Assembly: GCA_963738245.1 (NCBI GenBank)
Contig: CAVTWB010000010.1
Span: 161,603-225,602 of the forward strand
Direction of reading: 5' to 3'
Length of the DNA stretch: 64,000 bases
Origin: an uncultured Verrucomicrobiae bacterium
GTDB taxonomy: Bacteria > Verrucomicrobiota > Verrucomicrobiia > Limisphaerales > UBA11358
This document shows positions 17,534-26,786 of this stretch, in pieces. The first letter of the stretch is position 1; each line of letters opens with the position of its first letter. The position numbers and the translations under genes were made by a program. The notes under the pieces are model-generated. The model ran no database searches and was not told the origin of the DNA. It was given only the letters and a program-made list of their open reading frames with translations.

Positions 17534-18244
17534 TCACGCCGCCTGCGCGACGGCTTTGTTTTTGAGCGCGGCGAAGATGCTTTCGAAAATCCATTTGCCG
17601 TCGTCGCTGCCGAGGAGTGGTTCGCAGGCGCGTTCGGGATGCGGCATCAGGCCGGCCACGTTGCGCTGTTCATTGCAGATGCCGGCGATGTTTTGCAGCG
17701 CGCCGTTGGGATTCGCGGTGTCGGTCAGGTTTCCGCTGGCGTCGCAGTATTGCCAGAGCACCTGGCGGTGGGCCACCAAGCTGTCGAGCGTCTCTTTATC
17801 AGCGTAGTAGCAGCCTTCGCCGTGGGCGATGGGCACGCGGAGGATTTTGCCCGCCGGAATCTTGCTGGTGAACGGCGAATCGTTCGTGGCGGTCTTGAGG
17901 TGGATGAATTCGCAGTGAAATTTCAGGTCGCGGTTGCGGATGAGCGCGCCGGGCAGCAAGCCGGCTTCGGTGAGGACTTGAAAGCCGTTGCAGATGCCGA
18001 GGACGAGGCCGCCGTTGTCGGCGAATTGTTTCACGGCCTGCATGACGGGGCTGAACCGCGCGATGGCGCCGCAGCGCAGATAATCGCCGTAGCTGAAACC
18101 GCCGGGGACGATGACGCAGTCGGTGTCGCCGAGGGAGGCGTCCTTGTGCCAGACGAGCCGCGCGGAATGGCCGAGCAGGCGGACGGCGTGGACGGCGTCC
18201 TGGTCGCAGTTGCTGGCGGGGAATTGTAAAACAGCGAAGTTCAT
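17534..18244 (-). CDS. purQ: phosphoribosylformylglycinamidine synthase I (glutaminase) PurQ
   Basis: MNFAVLQFPASNCDQD...VIVPGGFSYGDYLRCGAIA...GICNGFQVL...PHPER. Confidence 0.94.
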   Translation of the reverse strand: MNFAVLQFPASNCDQDAVHAVRLLGHSARLVWHKDASLGDTDCVIVPGGFSYGDYLRCGAIARFSPVMQAVKQFADNGGLVLGICNGFQVLTEAGLLPGALIRNRDLKFHCEFIHLKTATNDSPFTSKIPAGKILRVPIAHGEGCYYADKETLDSLVAHRQVLWQYCDASGNLTDTANPNGALQNIAGICNEQRNVAGLMPHPERACEPLLGSDDGKWIFESIFAALKNKAVAQAA

Positions 18245-18333
18245 AATTTAGGCGCGGGGCGCGGGGCTTTAGGCAGTGGGCTTCTGAATTCGGGCCTCTA
18301 GCCCAAAGCCTCGCGCCTCGTGCCTCGCAAATT
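18245..18333. repeat. inverted pair of 33-nt four-heptamer arms filling the whole purS-purQ spacer
   Basis: AATTTAG GCGCGGG GCGCGGG GCTTTAG GC ... GCCCAAA GCCTCGC GCCTCGT GCCTCGC AAATT. Confidence 0.7.
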
Positions 18334-18575
18334 TATTCAATTTCCAGTTTGTAATCTTCGATCACCGGATTGCTCAACAGCTTGTACGCCGCGTCGTTCA
18401 AGGCTTTCCGCGCGGCGGCCTTGTCGGTGCCGGGCGCGAGGTCAATCTCGATGTATTTGCCGATGTGGACGCCGGTGACGCCGGTGTAGCCCATGTGTTC
18501 GAGGGCGTTCTGGACGGTTTTGCCCTGCGGATCCAGGACGGCCTTTTTCGGGGTGATGATGATTTTTGCTTTCAT
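18333..18575 (-). CDS. purS: phosphoribosylformylglycinamidine synthase subunit PurS
   Basis: MKAKIIITPKKAVLDPQGKTVQNALEHMGY...IEDYKLEIE. Typical 80-aa PurS. Confidence 0.9.
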   Translation of the reverse strand: MKAKIIITPKKAVLDPQGKTVQNALEHMGYTGVTGVHIGKYIEIDLAPGTDKAAARKALNDAAYKLLSNPVIEDYKLEIE

Positions 18576-18677
18576 GCTCGCGCGCAAAGATTTTGCCGGA
18601 AGCGAGCGCGCCGTGCGAGATTTTTTTAGAAAGGAGAAACATTGAAATCCGCCGCCGTTTGCGCGAAAGTTGCGGCC

Positions 18678-20228
18678 ATGCGAATTTTGAATTCACCGAA
18701 TAAGGCCGCCGGCGGCAACGGCGACCGCAAAAGCCTCGACGCGTGCACCATCGTCATATTTGGCGCGAGCGGCGACCTGACGGCGCGCAAGCTGATTCCC
18801 GCGCTCTACCATTTGTTCAAGGAAAAGCAGATGCCATCCGCGTTTCGCGTGGTCGGCTTCGCGCGCCGCGAGAAGACCGACACCTCGTGGCGGCAGGAGT
18901 TGCGCACGGCGCTTGACCAATTTTCCCGCACCAAGCCGGTGGACGATAAAGTCTGGACGGTGTTCGCGGAAAATCTTTTTTACTGCCAGGGTGATTTGAC
19001 CGACGATGCGGCCTACAAAAAGCTGGAGGCGCAGTTGACCGAGTTCGGCAGCGGGCCGCTGCGCGAAAACCTGTTGTTTTATCTGGCGATTTCGCCCAGC
19101 CAGTTCGGCGAAGTAGTCGAGCAAATTCATCGCTGCGGGCTGTTGAACAAAGACGGCGCGGCGTGGCAGCGCATTGTCGTCGAGAAGCCGTTCGGCCACG
19201 ATCTCGCGTCCGCGCAGTCGCTCAACCGCGAACTGACCCGCTACACACACGAGCAGCAGGTATTCCGCATTGATCATTATCTCGGCAAGGAAACGGTGCA
19301 GAACATTTTGATGTTCCGATTTTCCAATTCGATTTTTGAAAAGCTCTGGAACCGCAATTCCGTGGACCACGTCCAAATCACCGTCAGCGAAAAACTCGGC
19401 GTGGGCGAGCGCGGCGGATATTACGAGGAAGCCGGCGCGCTGCGCGACATGGTGCAAAATCACATGCTGCAGGTGCTGTCGCTCATCGCCATGGAACCGC
19501 CGGTGTCGCTCGAAGCCGAGGCTGTGCGCGATGAAAAGGTGAAATTGCTCAAATCCATCCGCGCGCTCGAGTCGGACGACGTGGCCAGACAAATTGTGCG
19601 CGGCCAATACTTCGCCGGCACGGTGGACGGCCAGCCGCGGCCCGGCTACCGGCAGGAGCCCAAGGTGAATCCAAACTCAAACGTGGAGACATTTGTCGCG
19701 CTGAAATTATTTATTGATAACTGGCGCTGGAGCGAGGTGCCGTTTTATCTGCGCATGGGAAAAAATCTGCCGATGAGCGCCAGCGAGGTGCGGATTCAAT
19801 TCCGGCCCACGCCGCATGTTTTGTTCGCCGCCCAGTGCGGACAGAAATTGGACGCCAACGCGCTCACGCTCCGGCTCCAGCCGAACGAAGGCATTTCGCT
19901 GCGCTTCAACGGCAAGATTCCGGGCACGACGCTCGGCTTGCGGCCGGTGCGGATGCACTTCAGCTACGATTCCGAGTTTGGCGCCTACACGCCCGAAGCT
20001 TACGAACGGCTGCTGCTGGAAGCCATCGCTGGCGACGCGACGCTGTTCATCCGCCGCGACGAAGTCGAAACCGCGTGGCGAATCGTAGACTCCATCCGCA
20101 AAGGCTGGGAAGGCAAGGCGCTGACGAACCGCGAATTTTATTCCGCCGGCACCTGGGGCCCGATTGCCGCCGACGATTTGCTCGCGCAGCTCGGCCACAC
20201 CTGGCACGAGCCGCTGGTGATCAAGTAA
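18678..20228 (+). CDS. zwf: glucose-6-phosphate 1-dehydrogenase
   Basis: IFGASGDLTARKLIPALYHL, RIDHYLGKE, EKPFGHDL motifs. The ATG at 18678 is preferred to the TTG at 18642. Confidence 0.94.
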   Translation: MRILNSPNKAAGGNGDRKSLDACTIVIFGASGDLTARKLIPALYHLFKEKQMPSAFRVVGFARREKTDTSWRQELRTALDQFSRTKPVDDKVWTVFAENLFYCQGDLTDDAAYKKLEAQLTEFGSGPLRENLLFYLAISPSQFGEVVEQIHRCGLLNKDGAAWQRIVVEKPFGHDLASAQSLNRELTRYTHEQQVFRIDHYLGKETVQNILMFRFSNSIFEKLWNRNSVDHVQITVSEKLGVGERGGYYEEAGALRDMVQNHMLQVLSLIAMEPPVSLEAEAVRDEKVKLLKSIRALESDDVARQIVRGQYFAGTVDGQPRPGYRQEPKVNPNSNVETFVALKLFIDNWRWSEVPFYLRMGKNLPMSASEVRIQFRPTPHVLFAAQCGQKLDANALTLRLQPNEGISLRFNGKIPGTTLGLRPVRMHFSYDSEFGAYTPEAYERLLLEAIAGDATLFIRRDEVETAWRIVDSIRKGWEGKALTNREFYSAGTWGPIAADDLLAQLGHTWHEPLVIK

Positions 20229-20283
20229 ATTCTCCGGTTCAATGCCACCTTGACCCGCGATTCTGAATAAATTTTAATCTAAT

Positions 20284-20319
20284 CCGGCAAGTAACCAGAC
20301 GGTTAAAACCCGGCTTTTT
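20284..20319 (+). terminator. zwf intrinsic terminator; contains the GTAACC-agac-GGTTA palindrome
   Basis: CCGG caa GTAACC agac GGTTA aaac CCGG followed by CTTTTT. Confidence 0.6.
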
Positions 20320-20394
20320 CGCTAAAACACCAGCAAAATGCGGGTTTTTGCCGGCTTCAAATAAAATTTGCTTTTTTTTGAACCAAATACGAGG

Positions 20395-20588
20395 TTGCCC
20401 GGTCTGATATTACGAATGGGTTTGGGATTTCGCTGTTCGTTTAGGGTTGGCATAGGGATTTTGCTCGTGGTGCGGCTCGGACAGCGACCCCAAGTTGGCC
20501 GCACCACCCTTCTGAGCGCCCGGGTGAGGGCGTATAAATCTCGTCACCCAGAGAGGCCGGACGCAAGTCCGGCCTTTCGCTTTTTTTT
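20395..20588 (+). ncRNA. candidate structured small RNA or leader of unknown class
   Basis: Three consecutive stem-loops (GGTGCGGC...GCCGCACC; GCGCCC gggtga GGGCGT; GGGTGA...TCACCC), then a strong terminator AGGCCGGAC gcaa GTCCGGCCT plus T8 at 20554-20588. There is no convincing ORF, and the 5' end is unknown. Confidence 0.25.
20554..20588 (+). terminator. rho-independent terminator
   Basis: 9-bp GC-rich stem AGGCCGGAC/GTCCGGCCT, GCAA loop, ttcgc then T8. Confidence 0.75.
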
Positions 20589-20651
20589 ACATGAATAACC
20601 GGCGGAAATCCGCATTGATTCAGCCGGAAAAGCCGCTAAACTTCCCAACGC

Positions 20652-21656
20652 ATGAAACATCAGCTTGATTTCGAAAAGCCGATCACGGAATTGCAGAACA
20701 AGCTGGACGAACTCCGGCTGCATCCCGAAAAGCATTCCTTGGGCATCAGTTTTGAAGAGGAAATCCAGCTCATCGAAAAAAAACTGGAAGAAACCCGGCG
20801 GCAGACCTTCCTGAACCTCACCGCCTGGCAACGCGTCCAGCTCGCGCGCCATCCCAAGCGCCCTTACACGCTGGATTACATCAAACATGCCTTCACGGAT
20901 TTTCAGGAACTTCACGGTGACCGCCTGTTTTCCGAGGACCGCGCAATGGTCGGCGGTTTTGCCAGGCTGGGTGAACATCGCGTCGTCGTTATTGGCACGC
21001 AAAAGGGCCGCGACACCAAGGAAAACATTTCGCGCAACTTCGGCTCCGCGCATCCGGAAGGCTACCGCAAGGCGCTGCGCCTGATGCGGCTCGCGGACAA
21101 ATTTGGCCTGCCCATCATCACGCTTATTGACACGGCTGGCGCGTATCCCGGCGTTGCGGCGGAGGAACGGCATATCGCCGAGGCCATCGCGGTGAATCTC
21201 CGCGAAATGACTTTGCTCGAAGTGCCCATCATCGCCGCCGTCATCGGCGAAGGCGGTTCCGGCGGCGCGCTGGGCATCGGCGTGGCCGACCGCGTTTTGA
21301 TTTTGGAGAACGCCTATTATTCCGTCATCAGCCCGGAAGGCTGCGCGGCGATTTTGTGGAAGGACCGCGCCAACGCCGCCAAGGCCGCCGCCGCGCTGAA
21401 AATCACCGCGAAAGATTTGTTCAAATTCAAGCTCGTGGACGATGTGGTGCCCGAACCGCTCGGCGGCGCGCACACGGACGCCGTCGGCACCGCCGCGAAT
21501 CTGAAAACCCATCTGCTGAAACATCTCGAAGAAGTGCTCGCGTTGCCCGTCGCGGAACGGTTGAAATTACGTTACGAAAAATTCCGCGCGCACGGGCATT
21601 TTTCCGAAAAAATTGAATCCACGGAAAACGGCGTCGTGCCGCAGGCCGCCCGTTAA
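20652..21656 (+). CDS. accA: acetyl-CoA carboxylase carboxyltransferase subunit alpha
   Basis: LDFEKPITELQNKLDEL...ARHPKRPYTLDYI...TLIDTAGAYPGVAAEERHIAEAIA..GEGGSGGALG. Confidence 0.94.
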   Translation: MKHQLDFEKPITELQNKLDELRLHPEKHSLGISFEEEIQLIEKKLEETRRQTFLNLTAWQRVQLARHPKRPYTLDYIKHAFTDFQELHGDRLFSEDRAMVGGFARLGEHRVVVIGTQKGRDTKENISRNFGSAHPEGYRKALRLMRLADKFGLPIITLIDTAGAYPGVAAEERHIAEAIAVNLREMTLLEVPIIAAVIGEGGSGGALGIGVADRVLILENAYYSVISPEGCAAILWKDRANAAKAAAALKITAKDLFKFKLVDDVVPEPLGGAHTDAVGTAANLKTHLLKHLEEVLALPVAERLKLRYEKFRAHGHFSEKIESTENGVVPQAAR

Positions 21657-21662
21657 CCAGCC

Positions 21663-22637
21663 GTGCTTTATCCACTCATTTTCCAGCCGGCCTTCAAGGA
21701 GCGCGTCTGGGGCGGACGCGAACTGGAGCGGCTTTACGGCAAAAAACTTCCGCCCGGCGCGGCCATCGGCGAGTCGTGGGAAATTTCCGACCGGCCCGGC
21801 GACGCCAGCGTCATTGCCAACGGCCCGCTCGCCGGAAAAACTCTCCGCTGGCTCATGGAAAATCACGCGGCGGAAATTCTCGGCGGCGCGAAGCCGGCGG
21901 CGGCAGGAAGATTTCCGCTGCTCTGCAAAATTCTCGACGCGCGTGAAAAACTGTCGCTCCAAGTCCATCCGCCGGCCAGCAAAGCCGCCGAACTCAAAGG
22001 CGAACCGAAAACTGAAATGTGGTTCATCGCCGACGCCGCACCGGATGCGAGTTTGTATGTCGGCCTGAAACGCGGCGTGACGCGCGCGAGGTTCGAGAAA
22101 AAAATTGCCGACGGCAGCGTGGCGGATTGTTTTCACCGGATTCCGGTCAAGGCCGGCGATACGATGTTTCTGCCGAGCGGTCGCGTCCACGCCATCGGCC
22201 ACGGCCTGGTGATTTTTGAGATCCAGCAGAATTCCGACACGACCTACCGCGTGTTCGACTGGAACCGCGTCGGTCTGGACGGCAAGCCGCGTGAACTGCA
22301 CATCGCGCAATCGCTGGCGAGCATTGATTTCACCGACTTCGAGCCGAAGCTGGTGGAAACCCAGTTTGTCACCGACGGAAAAATCCAAAAGCGCGCGCTG
22401 GTGAATGATCCGCTGTTCAATGTCGAAACATGGAAACTGAACTCCGGCGCGCGTGGTTTGTTGAAACCGAAAGAATTGCAAATCGTCGCGGTGACGGCGG
22501 GCGAAGTTGAAATCAAAAGCGGTGCGACGGCGGTGAATTTGTCCGCCGGCCAGTTAAGCGTGATTCCCGCGAGCTTGGAGCGGACCGAAGTTTTGGCGAA
22601 GTCAGACGCAGTCCTGTTGCGCGTCGAGGCCAATTGA
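21663..22637 (+). CDS. manA: class I mannose-6-phosphate isomerase
   Basis: LYPLIFQPAFKERVWGGRELE...GESWEISD...LSLQVHP...HAIGHGLVIFEIQQNSDTTYRVFDW. GTG start. Confidence 0.85.
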   Translation: MLYPLIFQPAFKERVWGGRELERLYGKKLPPGAAIGESWEISDRPGDASVIANGPLAGKTLRWLMENHAAEILGGAKPAAAGRFPLLCKILDAREKLSLQVHPPASKAAELKGEPKTEMWFIADAAPDASLYVGLKRGVTRARFEKKIADGSVADCFHRIPVKAGDTMFLPSGRVHAIGHGLVIFEIQQNSDTTYRVFDWNRVGLDGKPRELHIAQSLASIDFTDFEPKLVETQFVTDGKIQKRALVNDPLFNVETWKLNSGARGLLKPKELQIVAVTAGEVEIKSGATAVNLSAGQLSVIPASLERTEVLAKSDAVLLRVEAN

Positions 22638-22638
22638 T

Positions 22639-22845
22639 TTACCACAAAGTTTTTGCCGACGGCTCATGCCCTTCTTTTCTGCGCTGAAAAAACTCCCGTT
22701 GCATTTGGAATTTGATTTTCAGCTTTTTGAGCGGCGATGCCGCCGCAAGCTCTCCAGCATACTTTGCCTGGATGGACTTCCATAGGCTGGATTCTTTGCC
22801 CCGGGCAAATTCAAATGCACCGTGCGAATGAAATCCATTTTTCAT
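22639..22845 (-). CDS. small hypothetical protein (68 aa)
   Basis: Only an ORF with protein-like composition lying between convergent and adjacent genes. No family recognised. Confidence 0.3.
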   Translation of the reverse strand: MKNGFHSHGAFEFARGKESSLWKSIQAKYAGELAAASPLKKLKIKFQMQREFFQRRKEGHEPSAKTLW

Positions 22846-22849
22846 AGGT

Positions 22850-23425
22850 TCAGTTCAGTGACAAATCATCCGGCATCTGCGAGAGGAGCCTGTTTTTCCA
22901 GCCGCCCTTGGTTTTCAAGATTTTCGACCAGAGCTGGTCGGGCGGCGTTTCAAAGACGAGCTCGAGCGACGCCGGAAACGTGAGCCAGGATTTACGCTTC
23001 ATTTCATTCTCAAGCTGGCCGGGCGACCAGCCGGCGTAACCGGCGAATAATTTGACTTTTTTCGCGGCGGAAAACGACTCACCGACCTCCACCAGTTCAT
23101 CCAGCGAATGGCCGAGGTTCAGGTTTGGAAAAACATTCGCGTCGGGAATGAAATTGTCCGCGTGCAGGAAACTCAAAGCGGTCGGCTGCACCGGCCCACC
23201 GAGAAACAGCGGCGCATCCTTGAGCAGATCGGGCAGATCGGCGACGACGAGTTCGCCGACCTTGCTGCCGCTGGAACGGTTCAGCACGAGGCCGAACGCG
23301 CCCTCGGCATTGTGCTCGCAGACGAGCAGCACGGTGCGATGGAAAAACGACCCGCCCAAATCACCGCCGTCCAGCAGCAATTTTCCCTTGAGAATTTTCC
23401 CCGGATCGCTCATTGCCACGGACAA
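22850..23425 (-). CDS. YqgE/AlgH-family protein (UPF0301)
   Basis: GSFFHRTVLLVCEHNAEGAFGLVLNR...FLGGPVQ...LFAGYAGWSPGQLENE. Confidence 0.85.
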   Translation of the reverse strand: MSVAMSDPGKILKGKLLLDGGDLGGSFFHRTVLLVCEHNAEGAFGLVLNRSSGSKVGELVVADLPDLLKDAPLFLGGPVQPTALSFLHADNFIPDANVFPNLNLGHSLDELVEVGESFSAAKKVKLFAGYAGWSPGQLENEMKRKSWLTFPASLELVFETPPDQLWSKILKTKGGWKNRLLSQMPDDLSLN

Positions 23426-23450
23426 TGTGCCTCATAAAGCCAGATCTGGC

Positions 23451-23487
23451 AAAAAGAAAACCGGCGTGAGAATTGGCTCGAGCCGGC
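23451..23487 (-). terminator. probable tkt terminator
   Basis: The minus strand reads CCGGC tcgagccaattctcac GCCGG ttttcttttt. Confidence 0.45.
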
Positions 23488-23506
23488 TTGAGTTCGATTT
23501 TAACGA

Positions 23507-25336
23507 TCAGAGCGATTTCACTTTTTTCACAATCGCCGCCGCATCAATCCCGAATTTTGCAAGCAGTTCCTCGGCCTTGCCGGAATGCGGGATGCCGATC
23601 ACGGCGAGCTTGTGGACCTTGATGCCTTCCACGCTCAATTCGCCGGCCACCGCGTCGCCGAGTCCGCCTTCGGAATAATGATCTTCCACGGTGATGACGG
23701 TATTGCCGGTTTTTTTCGCCGCCGCGAGAATAACGTCCTTGCCGAGCGGCTTGATGCTGTAAGCGTCAATCACGGTGACATTGATGCCATCGGCCTTCAA
23801 CGTATCGGCGGCTTTCAATGCCTCAAACAACGTGACGCCAGCGCTCACAATGGTGACTTTGTCGCCTTCGCGCAAAACCTTCGCGCCGCCAACGGGGAAT
23901 TTTTCGTCGTTGCCGTAAATCACCGGCGTCTTGGGCCGCGAGGTGCGCAGGAAACAGACGCCTTTTATCAGCGCCATCTCCTCCAGCAATTTTTCCGTGG
24001 CGACGGCGTCGCTCGGATACAAAACCGTGCTGCCGACAATCGCGCGCATCATCGCCAGATCTTCCAGCGCCATTTGCGACGGGCCGTCCTCGCCGATGCT
24101 CACGCCGACATGCGAGCCAACCAGCTTGATGTTCGACTGCGAAATGCCCGCAACGCGGATGTGGTCGAAGGCGCGGGTGAAAAAGGTGGCAAACGTGGAG
24201 GCGAAAGGCACCTTGCCGCGCGCACCCAAACCCATCGCGACGCCAACCATGTTTTGCTCGGCGATGAAACATTCGGTGGAGCGTTCCGGAAATTTCTTGA
24301 AAAACTTGTCCGCGAACGTGGAATTTTTCGTGTCGCCGTCAACCGCGACAATACGCAAATCCGCTTCACCAATGCGCGCGAGCGCGGTGCCGTAGGCTTC
24401 GCGCGTGGCGACTTTGTCGCCGAGATTATAACTGACCGGTGGATAGCTCGCCGGAATCGCATTGGCCGGAGCTGGCAGCGAATTCGGCGCTGGAATCGCG
24501 ACGCCGAGGCCGGACTTCGCGCTGGGCTGAAGTTCAGCAATGGCTTTGGCGGCTTCTTCCTTGTTCAACGGTTTGCCGTGCCAGCCTTCCTTGTCCTGCA
24601 AAAATGAAACGCCCGCGCCCTTGTAAGTTTTGGCGATGATGGCGAGCGGCTTGTCGTCGAGACCGACGCCGCCGAGCACTTCGGCAATTTCCTCGATGTC
24701 GTGGCCGTCAATATCCTCCACGCGCCAGCCGAACGCTTCAAAGCGGTCGCGATAAACGCCGATGTCGTGGCCGAACGCCGTGGCTTCGCTCTGGCCGAGC
24801 CGGTTCGCGTCAACAATCGCGATTAAATTATTCAATTTGTAATAGCCCGCGAGCGACGCGGCTTCCCAGACGGCGCCTTCGGCGATTTCGCCGTCGCCGA
24901 GCAGGACGTAGGTGTTGTAATCCAGTTTGTCAAAACGAGCGGCGCGCGCCATGCCGACGCCGACACCAAGACCCTGGCCGAGCGAGCCGGTCGCCACGTC
25001 CGCGAACGCGAGGCGCGGCGTGGGATGGCCTTCGAGTTCGCTGGTGAACTGCCGGAGCGTCAGCAATTCCGGAATCGGCACAAAACCATTTTCCGCCCAC
25101 GCGGCGTAAAGCAGCGGCGCGGCGTGGCCCTTGGAAAGGATGAAACGGTCGTTGTTGTAAAAGTGCGGGTTCTTTGCGTCGTAACGCATCTGGCCGAAAA
25201 ACAGCACGGCCACGAGGTCCGCCGCCGAGCAGCACGAAGTCGGGTGCCCGCTGCCCGCCGCCGTGGTTGCCTCGATGGAATGGATGCGCAGTTGGTTTGC
25301 GATGCCCTTCAACAGTTCAGTATCGGTGTCAATCAT
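23507..25336 (-). CDS. tkt: transketolase
   Basis: AAGSGHPTSCCSAADL..., GDGEIAEGAVWEA, FIAEQNMVGVAMG, 609 aa. Confidence 0.95.
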   Translation of the reverse strand: MIDTDTELLKGIANQLRIHSIEATTAAGSGHPTSCCSAADLVAVLFFGQMRYDAKNPHFYNNDRFILSKGHAAPLLYAAWAENGFVPIPELLTLRQFTSELEGHPTPRLAFADVATGSLGQGLGVGVGMARAARFDKLDYNTYVLLGDGEIAEGAVWEAASLAGYYKLNNLIAIVDANRLGQSEATAFGHDIGVYRDRFEAFGWRVEDIDGHDIEEIAEVLGGVGLDDKPLAIIAKTYKGAGVSFLQDKEGWHGKPLNKEEAAKAIAELQPSAKSGLGVAIPAPNSLPAPANAIPASYPPVSYNLGDKVATREAYGTALARIGEADLRIVAVDGDTKNSTFADKFFKKFPERSTECFIAEQNMVGVAMGLGARGKVPFASTFATFFTRAFDHIRVAGISQSNIKLVGSHVGVSIGEDGPSQMALEDLAMMRAIVGSTVLYPSDAVATEKLLEEMALIKGVCFLRTSRPKTPVIYGNDEKFPVGGAKVLREGDKVTIVSAGVTLFEALKAADTLKADGINVTVIDAYSIKPLGKDVILAAAKKTGNTVITVEDHYSEGGLGDAVAGELSVEGIKVHKLAVIGIPHSGKAEELLAKFGIDAAAIVKKVKSL

Positions 25337-25399
25337 TGAACGTGAAGTTTAGCCGAGAAACGGTGAAAGCCAAGAATGAAAATCGTCGCGACCCAAATT

Positions 25400-26038
25400 T
25401 CACGGCGGCGGCACCTGCAGCACATGGCCGGGAACCGAGCACGTCGGCAGTGCGCCCACGGCATTGAGCGTGTAGGTGCCGCCCGACGGGCAGGTCGGCA
25501 AAACTCCGCCCGGCAAATACGGCACGATGTCTGGAGCAGTGGGAACGGCCGTCACTGCCTTGTTTTTCTCCAGCGCCCACATTTGTTTGGCCGCGTTAAT
25601 CAGCCGGAGATTGTTGATGCAGGCATCACGCTCGGCCGCTGCCTCCGCCTGGGCCGCCTGGGCCGCCTGCTGGGCCTGCGCCGCCTGCTGGGCCTCCGTA
25701 ATTTGCTGCAACTGCGCCTGCTGCTGCTGTGCGAAGGCGCTGGTGGACTTCAACTGGTCGGTCAATTTCTGGTTCTCCGCGAGCAACTGCTTGATCTGGT
25801 TGCGCAGCCGCGGCAAATCCTGGTTTTCCGCGCGCAGCCGGGAAATCTCCGTTCCTTGCAGGCTGGCGTTGGAACTTTGGAGCGAATCCACCTGCGCCTG
25901 CAAATCGTCCGCGCGCTGTTTTTGCGTCAGGAGGGAAACCCGCGCCGCCTCTTTCTGCCGGAGCGCGGAAAAAAGAAAAATTTCGCTGGCGAGAAACGCC
26001 ACGACCAGCAACCGAACCATCCACTTGTTCAATTTCAT
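25400..26038 (-). CDS. membrane-anchored coiled-coil protein with a C-terminal CINNLR...CPSGGTY domain
   Basis: Start MKLNKWMVRLLVVAFLA (TM), then Q/A-rich heptads, then ACINNLRLINAAKQMWALEKNK...CPSGGTYTL. The 237-aa track ORF over-extends the N-terminus into the tRNA. Confidence 0.65.
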   Translation of the reverse strand: MKLNKWMVRLLVVAFLASEIFLFSALRQKEAARVSLLTQKQRADDLQAQVDSLQSSNASLQGTEISRLRAENQDLPRLRNQIKQLLAENQKLTDQLKSTSAFAQQQQAQLQQITEAQQAAQAQQAAQAAQAEAAAERDACINNLRLINAAKQMWALEKNKAVTAVPTAPDIVPYLPGGVLPTCPSGGTYTLNAVGALPTCSVPGHVLQVPPP

Positions 26039-26083
26039 GGCAGCGCCTGTTTCGTTCTTTTGGGAACCGGCGTCAAATCGGAA

Positions 26084-26160
26084 TGGTGCGCGCGGCGGGA
26101 GTCGAACCCACAACCTTCGGCTTCGGAGGCCGACGCTCTATCCAATTGAGCTACGCGCGC
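26084..26160 (-). tRNA. tRNA-Arg (anticodon CCG), CCA encoded
   Basis: GCGCGCGTAGCTCAATTGGATAGAGCGTCGGCCTCCGAAGCCGAAGGTTGTGGGTTCGACTCCCGCCGCGCGCACCA. It has a 7-bp acceptor stem, anticodon stem TCGGC/GCCGA with loop CTCCGAA, and T-loop TTCGACT. Confidence 0.92.
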
Positions 26161-26213
26161 ACTATGGATTCCACGTTACAGGCCGGCGCGCGTTTGCTCA
26201 AATCATTTTGCAC

Positions 26214-26247
26214 GCGAAAACAAAAAGGGACGGCACGAAGCCGTCCC
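26214..26247 (-). terminator. terminator of the Spy/CpxP-like gene
   Basis: The minus strand reads GGGACGGC ttcgt GCCGTCCC tttttgttttc. Confidence 0.65.
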
Positions 26248-26274
26248 CGGTGTCACTTGTCGGTTGCTGCCAAA

Positions 26275-26700
26275 TCAATTCTGCGGAGGTGGCGAGCCGG
26301 CCGGCGGAGCGCCGGCGGACGGACGATTGCCGCGCGCATGTTTGACCAATTCCTGCCACTTGGTGAATTGATCCGGCGTCAGCAGCGCCTTCATTTGCGT
26401 GGCGATGTCTTCCTGGATGGCCTTGGCCTTGGCCTTTTTATCTTCCGGCGTCAGGCTCGTGTCCTCGCGCAACGCCTTGCGTTTCTCCATCGCGCCTTTC
26501 ATGATCTCCTGAAATTTGGGCTTCTGATCATCCGTGAGATTGAGTTCCTTGGCAATGTCATGGCGTCCGGCCTTCACACCGGAGCCGGTTGCGCCGGAGG
26601 GCGCGGTGTTGGTGGAATCTTGCGCGAGCAGGGACGAACTCCCGGCGAACAATGCGCCCGCAACCAGTGCGGCAATTAACAATGTTTTCTTTGATTTCAT
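26275..26700 (-). CDS. periplasmic Spy/CpxP-like (LTxxQ-motif) protein
   Basis: Signal peptide MKSKKTLLIAALVAGALFAGSSSLLA, repeated LTDDQ / LTPED / LTPDQ motifs, K/E-rich helices. The long 312-aa track ORF was rejected. Confidence 0.7.
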   Translation of the reverse strand: MKSKKTLLIAALVAGALFAGSSSLLAQDSTNTAPSGATGSGVKAGRHDIAKELNLTDDQKPKFQEIMKGAMEKRKALREDTSLTPEDKKAKAKAIQEDIATQMKALLTPDQFTKWQELVKHARGNRPSAGAPPAGSPPPQN

Positions 26701-26786
26701 ATTTTCCGTTTCTTTCTGTTTGTTTGTTTCCGCGCGCCTTAAAAAGCATGCGGGATACGAGGTCAGACGCGGAAAATGAGGAAAGG

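Noticed and set aside
20290-20590. Assignment of the zwf-accA intergenic RNA candidate to SRP RNA, 6S RNA, tmRNA or RNase P RNA.
   Set aside because: None of the conserved signature sequences I know for these RNAs is present. It is kept only as an unclassified low-confidence candidate.
25620-25760. Tandem ctgggccgc/ctgctg repeats as a non-coding repeat element.
   Set aside because: They lie inside the coiled-coil gene and encode its Q/A-rich heptads (AQQAAQAQQAAQAAQAEAAA). This is coding low complexity, not a separate element.
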